From contig JAVYME010000040.1 in NCBI GenBank assembly GCA_038736825.1, forward strand, positions 1-7,175: 7,175 bases of DNA. The letters run 5' to 3'. Under the pieces are notes generated by a model. The model was not told where the DNA came from. It did no database searches and saw only the letters and a program-made list of their open reading frames with translations. The translations under genes were made by a program, and so were the position numbers. Each line of letters begins with the position of its first letter. Within the stretch, counting starts at the first letter, position 1. Positions 1-4,995 of this stretch are shown here, one piece after another. The stretch comes from Candidatus Iainarchaeum sp. (GTDB taxonomy: Archaea; Iainarchaeota; Iainarchaeia; Iainarchaeales; DTGL01).

Positions 1-214
1 TGCTCATGATGTCCGCTGCCCTTGCCTCTTTTTTCTTTCCCTCTTCTGTGAGCGCTTCCAACAGCCTTCGCGCCTTTTCATAGCCAGGCGACACCCTGCC
101 TGCCTCTATTTTTGCAATCATTGACTGTGAAACCCCGCTAATCCTTGAAAGATGGCATTGCGTTAAACCAAGCTTTTTCCTCATCGCTTTTATTTCGGAA
201 ACACTGGGCAGCAA
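1..214 (-). CDS. XRE-family helix-turn-helix transcriptional regulator, N-terminal part. The CDS continues past the left window edge and probably has an HTH + CBS-domain architecture.
   Basis: This ORF is absent from the supplied track because it is open at the window edge. My hand translation of the minus strand from 214 gives (TTG)LPSVSEIKAMRKKLGLTQCHLSRISGVSQSMIAKIEAGRVSPGYEKARRLLEALTEEGKKKEARAADIMS..., with no stop before position 1. The segment LGLTQxxLSxxSGVSQSxIAKIExG fits the HTH_3/XRE pattern. Candidate starts are TTG at 214, which retains helix 1 of the HTH, and ATG at 184. The terminal ADIMS resembles the usual entry into a CBS domain, but the CBS region itself lies outside the window. 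Confidence 0.6.
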   Translation of the reverse strand, partial: MLPSVSEIKAMRKKLGLTQCHLSRISGVSQSMIAKIEAGRVSPGYEKARRLLEALTEEGKKKEARAADIMS

Positions 215-229
215 CCTCTCACTATTCCT

Positions 230-253
230 ATTTGAATATTTTATTATTCAAAT
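230..253. promoter_or_regulatory. Perfect 9-bp inverted repeat ATTTGAATA-N6-TATTCAAAT in the divergent regulator/metK intergenic region. It is a candidate operator and overlaps the TATA-like box of the minus-strand regulator gene.
   Basis: Read directly from the sequence: 230-238 is ATTTGAATA, 245-253 is TATTCAAAT, and the spacer is TTTTAT. The repeat lies 16 nt upstream of the TTG-214 start of the HTH gene and about 40 nt upstream of the metK TATA-like box. The region is very AT-rich, so a chance palindrome is possible. Confidence 0.35.
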
Positions 254-289
254 TATGAACAAATTGTTTAAAAGGATTGCCTGGCATTC

Positions 290-297
290 TTTTAAAA
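290..297 (+). promoter_or_regulatory. TATA-like box (TTTTAAAA) upstream of metK
   Basis: The A/T octamer is centred about 26 nt upstream of GTG-320 and about 35 nt upstream of GTG-329. This matches archaeal TATA-to-TSS spacing and implies a leaderless or very short-leader mRNA. The assignment rests on pattern only. Confidence 0.35.
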
Positions 298-328
298 GTT
301 TGTTCTTTTTTTGTGGAGCGTGGTTTTG

Positions 329-1489
329 GTGAGAAACGGAAAATATTTTTTCACTTCCGAGGCAATGACAGAAGGACATCCTGACAAGGTCTGCGACCAG
401 ATTTCAGACGCAGTGCTTGACAACATTTTATCCCAAGACAAAAATGCAAGGGTTGCCTGTGAAACAATGGCTGGAATGGGCTTTATTGTGGTTACAGGAG
501 AAATCACCACAAACGCTTATGCTGACATTCAAGGCATTGTAAGAGAGGTGTTGAAGCGGATTGGTTACACAAAACCAGAATACGGTTTTGACTACCAGTC
601 TGTCGGCGTGCTCACAAGCATTCACGGACAAAGCCCTGACATTGCAATGGGCGTTGACGACAAGCACAGGAAGGGAATAGGCGCAGGAGACCAGGGCATG
701 ATGTCAGGCTATGCCACAATTGAAACCCCAGAACTAATGCCTGCAACAATAATGTTCGCGCAAAAACTGGCAATGCGGCTGGCAGAAGTCAGAAAGAAAG
801 GATTGCTGCCTTACCTGAGACCTGACGGCAAAACACAAGTGACAATGGAATTCGAAAAAGGAATGCCAAAAAGGATTGAAGCGGTTGTAATCGCAGCACA
901 ACACGATCCAGACATTGAACTGGAAAAGCTCAGGGCTGACATAAAAGAGCACGTGATAAAACCAGTGTGCGGCAAAATGCTTGATGCCAGCACAAAATAT
1001 TTCATCAACAACACTGGCAGGTTTGTAATGGGCGGGCCAGTGGCTGACAGCGGTTGCACTGGAAGAAAAATCATTGTTGACACATATGGCGGCGTTGGAA
1101 ACCATGGCGGTGGAGCCTTTTCAGGCAAAGACCCAACCAAAGTGGACCGCACTGCAGCATACATGGCGCGCTATATTGCAAAAAACTTGGTAAAAGCAGG
1201 GATTGCGGACAGGTGTGAAGTGCAATTGTCTTATGCGATTGGCAGCAGAGAGCCCATTTCAGTTTTTGTTGACACCTTCGGCACTTCAAAAATTGATTCA
1301 ACCAAAATAGTCGAACTCATAAAAAAGCACTTTGATTTAACCCCCGGGGGAATGATTGAAACCTTGAACCTGCGCAGACCGATTTTTTCAAAAACCTCAT
1401 GCTATGGGCACTTTGGCCGCACTGACCCGGATTTCACTTGGGAAAAAACCGACAAAGCGGAAGCGCTCAGGAAAGCCGCAAGGCTTTAA
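329..1489 (+). CDS. metK: S-adenosylmethionine synthetase (methionine adenosyltransferase), bacterial/eukaryal MetK type
   Basis: The ORF 311..1489 can be aligned along its full length with E. coli and B. subtilis MetK from memory. Matching segments are [89 protein letters not shown] and CYGHFGR. The start is ambiguous among TTG 311, GTG 320, TTG 326 and GTG 329. I chose GTG 329 because [11 protein letters not shown] matches the usual N-terminal length. GTG 320 fits a leaderless model slightly better. Confidence 0.95.
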   Translation: MRNGKYFFTSEAMTEGHPDKVCDQISDAVLDNILSQDKNARVACETMAGMGFIVVTGEITTNAYADIQGIVREVLKRIGYTKPEYGFDYQSVGVLTSIHGQSPDIAMGVDDKHRKGIGAGDQGMMSGYATIETPELMPATIMFAQKLAMRLAEVRKKGLLPYLRPDGKTQVTMEFEKGMPKRIEAVVIAAQHDPDIELEKLRADIKEHVIKPVCGKMLDASTKYFINNTGRFVMGGPVADSGCTGRKIIVDTYGGVGNHGGGAFSGKDPTKVDRTAAYMARYIAKNLVKAGIADRCEVQLSYAIGSREPISVFVDTFGTSKIDSTKIVELIKKHFDLTPGGMIETLNLRRPIFSKTSCYGHFGRTDPDFTWEKTDKAEALRKAARL

Positions 1490-1504
1490 TGGCGGTTTGA
1501 ACAA

Positions 1505-1519
1505 TTTTTTTGTTTGTTT
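1505..1519 (+). terminator. Oligo-T tract (TTTTTTTGTTTGTTT) downstream of metK. This is a candidate archaeal-style intrinsic terminator.
   Basis: A T7 run begins 16 nt after the metK TAA stop and is followed by two T3 runs. No strong hairpin is present. Confidence 0.4.
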
Positions 1520-1544
1520 CATGCCAGGCACTTTAAGCCAATTC

Positions 1545-1557
1545 TTTTTATTATTTT
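1545..1557 (+). promoter_or_regulatory. TATA-like box (TTTTTATTATTTT) upstream of the YbaK-like gene
   Basis: The box is centred about 24 nt upstream of ATG-1574 and about 30 nt upstream of ATG-1580, consistent with a leaderless first gene of an operon. The assignment rests on pattern only. Confidence 0.35.
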
Positions 1558-1573
1558 ACTTTTATTTATCCTT

Positions 1574-1993
1574 ATGTTTATGCTAGAGGACTTTATTGAG
1601 GTTAACTCTGTAAATGCAGAGATTGTGCCCGGCAGGTTTTCAGAAAACAGTGCAAGGTGCGTTCTGCTTTTGTCAAAGGAAACCGGTGGATCGCCGGTGC
1701 TTGCAATTGTGCCTGGAGGTAAAAGGCTCAGCCTTGAAAAAGCAGCCAGGGCAGCAGGTTCAGGCGAACTAAGAGAGGCAAGCGAAAAAGAGGATTTTGA
1801 GGTTACTGGATACAAGCACGGTTTTCTGCCACCAATATCGATTTATGGCGTAAAGGTTTTGGTCGAAAAAGCCCTCTTGAAAAAGCCCGTACTTAATTTT
1901 TTGGTGAAAGAAGAATGCACTCTCAGGATTGCCCCGCAAACAATAATGGAATTCAATGAAGATGTCTTGGAATGCAGTCTTTTAGAGGACTGA
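1574..1993 (+). CDS. YbaK/ProX-like (INS superfamily) aminoacyl-tRNA trans-editing domain protein, compact form
   Basis: The translation aligns by eye with H. influenzae YbaK. NSARCVLLL...VLAIVPGGKRLSLEKAARAAG...EVTGYKHGFLPPIS matches NRSFKTLLV...CFVLATANMLNLKKAAKSIG...KSTGYLVGGISPLG with identical spacing. The track ORF begins at TTG 1514, but those first 20-22 codons (FHARHFKPILFIILLLFIL) are the AT-rich promoter-like stretch. ATG 1574 or ATG 1580 (MLEDFIEV...) gives a typical family N-terminus. Confidence 0.7.
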   Translation: MFMLEDFIEVNSVNAEIVPGRFSENSARCVLLLSKETGGSPVLAIVPGGKRLSLEKAARAAGSGELREASEKEDFEVTGYKHGFLPPISIYGVKVLVEKALLKKPVLNFLVKEECTLRIAPQTIMEFNEDVLECSLLED

Positions 1994-2031
1994 TTGAAAA
2001 GAATACTGGCACAATTTTGCTTGCTTGAGAA

Positions 2032-2715
2032 ATGGTTGAAATGAAGATTGACACACACATTCATTCAGTTTATTCAGGGCATTCCTCTCTCTCCATTGAA
2101 CACATTGTGGGTTTTTGCAAGAAAAACGAAATTGTGCCAGCACTTACAGACCACAATACAGTGAATGGCTGGAAGGCTTTTTCAAAAAAGGCAAAAAATG
2201 CGGGAATTCCCTTCATTTTGGGCGAAGAAATAAAGGTTTGGGAAAACAGCAAGCCATGCGGAGAGCTTCTCGCACTGTTTTTGCAGGAAGGCGTGAAGCA
2301 AGGCGAAACCCTTGAAGTAATTGACTGCTTGCGCGCACAAGATGCACTTGTCTCTGTTGCACACCCTTTTGATTTTTTCAGAAAGGCTTTTTTTTTCAAT
2401 GAAAAGCGAAGGGATTTTGCAAAAAAAGTTGACGCAATAGAGGTTTTCAACAGCCGCTCCTACCTTGACTATTTCAACAAAACGGCTGAAAAATTTGCAA
2501 GAGAGAAAAAAATGCCGTTCACTGCAGGAACTGACGCGCATTTTCCAATAGAACTTGGAAACGCTTTCATGGAAGTCAATGCAGGCTCCCTTGAAGAAGC
2601 AAGAAAGAAAATCCTTAAAGGCAAGTGCTCTTTCACTGGAAAGCTTTCACCGCGCAAAATCCATTTTTACACTCAAATTGCAAAAATAGGCCTTTTCAGG
2701 CGGTGGTTTTTTTGA
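2032..2715 (+). CDS. PHP-family metal-dependent phosphoesterase (TrpH/YciV-like)
   Basis: All the characteristic PHP metal-ligand motifs are present in order: IDTHIHS (HxH), LTDHN, LGEEI, SVAHPF and AGTDAHF. An alternative start at ATG 2041 (MKIDTHIHS) is equally plausible. The gene lies only 38 nt after the preceding gene with no TATA-like box between them, so it is probably co-transcribed. Confidence 0.85.
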   Translation: MVEMKIDTHIHSVYSGHSSLSIEHIVGFCKKNEIVPALTDHNTVNGWKAFSKKAKNAGIPFILGEEIKVWENSKPCGELLALFLQEGVKQGETLEVIDCLRAQDALVSVAHPFDFFRKAFFFNEKRRDFAKKVDAIEVFNSRSYLDYFNKTAEKFAREKKMPFTAGTDAHFPIELGNAFMEVNAGSLEEARKKILKGKCSFTGKLSPRKIHFYTQIAKIGLFRRWFF

Positions 2716-3911
2716 AAAATAAGAGAAAAAACCAAAAAGGCATTGCAGGAAAAAAAACCAGGGAAATTGAATTCATTGAATTTGAAGGCAAAAAAATAAT
2801 TTTGGTGGGCACTGCGCATGTCAGCAGGGAAAGCGTTGAACTGGTGAGGAAAACCATTGAAGCTGAAAAACCGGATGCTGTTGGCGTTGAACTTGACAGG
2901 CAAAGGTTTTTACAGTTAAAATCTGGAAAAAAATGGATGGATTTGGATTTATCCCAAGTGATTCGCTCAGGACAATCCTATTTGTTGCTCTTGAACCTTT
3001 TGCTTGCAGGACTGCAAAAGCGCTTTGGTGAAAGCGTTGGCGTGAAACCAGGCGAGGAAATGATGGAGGCAATTTCCATTGCAGAAAAAACCGGGGCAAG
3101 AATTGTTTTGCTGGACAGAGACATCAGCATTACAATGAAAAGAGCTATTGCCTCAATGGGTTTTTTTGAAAAACTCAAACTATTGTCTGGATTGTTTCTT
3201 TCACTTTTCGGTTTTGGCGAAAAAATCACTCCAGCACAAGTAGAGGAAATGAAGCAAAGCGACATTTTGTCCCAACTCATTGATGAATTGGGCAGGGAAC
3301 TGCCAAAAACAAAAAAAGTTCTCGTGGATGAAAGGGACTTGTATATTGCAAACAGCATTTTGAACGCTAAAGCCGAAAAAATAGTTGCAGTTGTTGGTTT
3401 AGGCCACATTCAGGGAATAAAAAGGTTTTTGGACAAAAAAAGGGATGTTTCAGACTTAACCAAAGCCCCCAAGGGAAGGAATTATCTTGCAATAGTGAAA
3501 TATTCTGTTCCGGTTTTGCTTGCATTGCTGCTCGCCATTGGCTTTTACTTTAAAGGCTTGGAGGCTTTCACTGGAATGCTGTTTTTTTGGATTGTGATAA
3601 CCGGGTTTTGTGCTGCACTGGGCGCTCTTTTGGCTGGAGCGCACTGGAAATCCGTGCTTGCAGCCCTTTTTTCAGCGCCAATCACCACAGTGCATCCCGC
3701 GCTTGCCGCTGGATGGTTTGCAGGCTATATTGAATTAAGAGAGCGCTGTCCAAAAGTAAAGGATTTCGAGTCATTGGGCGAAATAAGCGGGTTTTCCGGT
3801 TTTTACAAAAACCGGGTTACTCGCGTTTTATTAGTGGTTGCACTAACAAATCTGGGAGCAAGCCTTGGCTCATTTATTGCGCTTTCAGTGGCCGCTGTTT
3901 CTATATTGTAA
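2712..3911 (+). CDS. TraB/PrgY/GumN-family protein (TIKI-like superfamily) with a C-terminal membrane domain of about 4 TM helices
   Basis: The family hallmarks are ILVGTAHVSRESVELVRKTIEAEKPDAVGVELDRQR (GTxH motif plus acidic strand), ERDLYIA and VVGLGHIQGI (GxGH). The C-terminal third is hydrophobic: VPVLLALLLAIGFYF, MLFFWIVITGFCAALGALLAGA, LAALFSAPITTVHPALAAGWFAGYI and VLLVVALTNLGASLGSFIALSVAAVSIL. The track start at ATG 2625 would overlap the PHP gene by 91 nt. I prefer TTG 2712, which is preceded by the SD-like GGCGGTG at 2699-2705 with 6 nt spacing and overlaps the PHP stop as TTGA. GTG 2703 is the alternative. Confidence 0.85.
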   Translation: MKNKRKNQKGIAGKKTREIEFIEFEGKKIILVGTAHVSRESVELVRKTIEAEKPDAVGVELDRQRFLQLKSGKKWMDLDLSQVIRSGQSYLLLLNLLLAGLQKRFGESVGVKPGEEMMEAISIAEKTGARIVLLDRDISITMKRAIASMGFFEKLKLLSGLFLSLFGFGEKITPAQVEEMKQSDILSQLIDELGRELPKTKKVLVDERDLYIANSILNAKAEKIVAVVGLGHIQGIKRFLDKKRDVSDLTKAPKGRNYLAIVKYSVPVLLALLLAIGFYFKGLEAFTGMLFFWIVITGFCAALGALLAGAHWKSVLAALFSAPITTVHPALAAGWFAGYIELRERCPKVKDFESLGEISGFSGFYKNRVTRVLLVVALTNLGASLGSFIALSVAAVSIL

Positions 3912-3930
3912 AGCGGTCAAACTTTTAGCG

Positions 3931-3958
3931 AATTCAAGTTGTTTTTTCTTGAATTTTT
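3931..3958. terminator. Hairpin AATTCAAG-N9-CTTGAATT followed by a T-run, in the gap between the convergent TraB and tRNA-binding genes
   Basis: Read directly from the sequence: 3931-3938 and 3948-3955 form a perfect 8-bp stem. The loop TTGTTTTTT contains a T6 run, and the T5 run at 3954-3958 overlaps the last two stem bases and extends just beyond the stem. The T-runs are on the plus strand only, so the signal is better for TraB than for the minus-strand operon. Confidence 0.45.
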
Positions 3959-3997
3959 ATAGCAGGCTTTGCCTATCCAGCTTTCCTTTTTGCCGGT

Positions 3998-4321
3998 TCA
4001 CTCCACTTTTGTGCCAGGCTTTATGTTTCCATCAATTGTCACAAGAGAGTATTTGCCTTCAATGTTTTCTGCAGCCAAAAGCATTGCCTCGCTCTTGATT
4101 CCTGCAATTGTAGCCGGTTCCAGGTTTGCAACCACCACAATTGTTTTGCCTTCAAGATCTGTTGCAGAATAAAACTGTTTTATTCCAGCAACAATGGTTC
4201 TTTGCTCTCCACCCAAGTCTATTTTCAGCTTGTAAAGCTTGTCTTTTCCCGGAATGTCCTCAGCCTTCAATATTTTGGCTGCCTTCAATTCTATTTTTTT
4301 AAAATCCTGAAACGAAACCAT
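3998..4321 (-). CDS. Stand-alone tRNA-binding domain protein (Trbp111/CsaA/MetRS-C-terminal-like OB fold)
   Basis: MVSFQDFKKIELKAAKILKAEDIPGKDKLYKLKIDLGGEQRTIVAGIKQFYSATDLEGKTIVVVANLEPATIAGIKSEAMLLAAE matches the tRNA_bind consensus (F.k.dlrvgkI..ae...gadKL..l.vdlG.e.r.ivsGi...Y....L.Gk.v.vv.NL.P....G..S.gMlLaa). ATG 4321 is preceded by GGAGG (complement of 4329-4333) with a 7-nt spacer. The track start at 4408 is a GTG that would overlap the upstream gene by 71 nt. Confidence 0.85.
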   Translation of the reverse strand: MVSFQDFKKIELKAAKILKAEDIPGKDKLYKLKIDLGGEQRTIVAGIKQFYSATDLEGKTIVVVANLEPATIAGIKSEAMLLAAENIEGKYSLVTIDGNIKPGTKVE

Positions 4322-4337
4322 TTTTTTGCCTCCTTTT

Positions 4338-4991
4338 TCATTCAACCGCTTTATGCCCTGCCTTTTTTTTAAGATAGGGCAATATTGTGCCTTTCTTTTC
4401 GCCTTCACTTATGAGCTTTTTTGCATAAAGCATTCTCTGGATTGCACCAACGCAAACCATTGCAATCAACAACCACAACACAACCCTCATGGTTTCAAAA
4501 CCACTTATTTCAGGCCAAAATGCCGCTAAAAGCAAGCCCAAAAGAAACAAAGCAAGTTTGTCCGCGTGCTCGCCAATTGCAGGCCAATCCCGGTTATCCG
4601 CAATAACCACTAGGGCAGCACGCGGCTTTGCATAGGACTCCATTAATGAAAGGCCTACTGCGAGAGCGCTTTCAATTCCAAAATGGAAAGCAAATGACGC
4701 CAAAAGAATAACCTCAGTGTATTTGTCCATCATTGTTTCAAAATAGTTTCCAAAATAAGTGGTTTTGCCTTGTTGCTCTGCAACACTGCCATCAATAAAA
4801 TCCATTAAAATGGCAAAAAAAGCAAATACAAAGGCTGGCAGGTATTGCTGGAAATAAATAAAGTATGCAGCGCAAATTGCAAGCGGAATCCCCAAAAAGG
4901 AAACAACGTTGGGTGGAACCCTTAACCAAACAAAAGGCTTTGCAAGAACAAAGGTAAGAGATTTAGTCATTGGCCTTGTTTTTCCCAGCAT
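4338..4991 (-). CDS. CDP-alcohol phosphatidyltransferase family membrane protein with a variant signature motif
   Basis: The 217-aa polytopic hydrophobic protein contains DFIDGSVAEQQGKTTYFGNYFETMMD. This has exactly the family spacing D-x2-D-G-x2-A-[R]-x8-G-x3-[D]-x3-D, but with Glu at the Arg position and at the third Asp position. ATG 4991 lies 4 nt after the pyrG stop and is preceded by the SD-like AGGGGT with a 7-nt spacer. Confidence 0.85.
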   Translation of the reverse strand: MLGKTRPMTKSLTFVLAKPFVWLRVPPNVVSFLGIPLAICAAYFIYFQQYLPAFVFAFFAILMDFIDGSVAEQQGKTTYFGNYFETMMDKYTEVILLASFAFHFGIESALAVGLSLMESYAKPRAALVVIADNRDWPAIGEHADKLALFLLGLLLAAFWPEISGFETMRVVLWLLIAMVCVGAIQRMLYAKKLISEGEKKGTILPYLKKKAGHKAVE

Positions 4992-4995
4992 TGCT

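Noticed and set aside
215-328. A possible SAM riboswitch or other structured leader upstream of metK.
   Set aside because: The gap is only about 115 nt, very AT-rich, and shared with a divergent promoter. I could not find the GC-rich paired segments or conserved cores of the SAM riboswitch classes. The likely 5' UTR is close to zero length.
255-332. A 25-codon upstream ORF ([25 protein letters not shown]) whose TGA stop overlaps the metK GTG-329 start (GTGA). It could be read as a leader peptide or translational-coupling device.
   Set aside because: Its ATG lies upstream of the TATA-like box at 290-297 that best explains metK transcription. It has no SD and contains no internal Met codons that would make sense for Met/SAM sensing. 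Its F/K-rich composition is what AT-rich spacer encodes by chance. Conservation in relatives would be needed to revive it.
292-1301. Antisense and out-of-frame ORFs of 72-123 aa within metK: 292..510, 428..667, 734..1105, 811..1164 and 1071..1301.
   Set aside because: These are shadow ORFs of a strongly supported gene. Their translations are low-complexity or Cys-rich, with no recognisable motifs or start signals.
1514-1573. A hydrophobic N-terminal extension (FHARHFKPILFIILLLFIL) that would make the YbaK-like protein membrane-anchored or secreted.
   Set aside because: It depends on a TTG start. The hydrophobicity comes from T-rich promoter-like sequence (TTTTTATTATTTT). The family alignment begins naturally at MLEDFIEV, and a cytosolic tRNA-editing domain has no reason to be anchored.
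2388-2396. A T9 homopolymer inside the PHP coding region (encoding FFF), considered as a slipped-strand phase-variation site or an intragenic archaeal terminator.
   Set aside because: Runs of T6-T7 or A7-A8 are frequent throughout the coding sequence of this AT-rich, Lys/Phe-rich genome, for example at 2707-2713, 2749-2756, 3163-3169 and 3582-3588. This one is therefore not distinctive, and the frame is intact.
2625-2711. The track's ATG-2625 start for the TraB-family ORF.
   Set aside because: It would overlap the PHP gene by 91 nt in another frame and add a non-homologous N-terminus. GTG 2703 or TTG 2712, with an SD-like motif, gives the normal short lead-in to the GTAH strand.
2766-2783. 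A 9-nt tandem duplication, ATTGAATTC/ATTGAATTT, at the 5' end of the TraB gene.
   Set aside because: It is in frame, encodes IEF-IEF, has only two copies, and lies in a poorly conserved N-terminal lead-in. It is a trivial microduplication rather than a repeat element.
4322-4408. A lysine/arginine-rich 29-residue N-terminal extension (KAKRKAQYCPILKKRQGIKRLNEKGGKK) on the tRNA-binding protein, reminiscent of basic tRNA-binding appendages.
   Set aside because: It requires a GTG start that overlaps the upstream gene by 71 nt. ATG 4321 has a perfect GGAGG at 7 nt. The basic composition is the antisense or frame-shifted reading of the neighbour's K-rich C-terminus.
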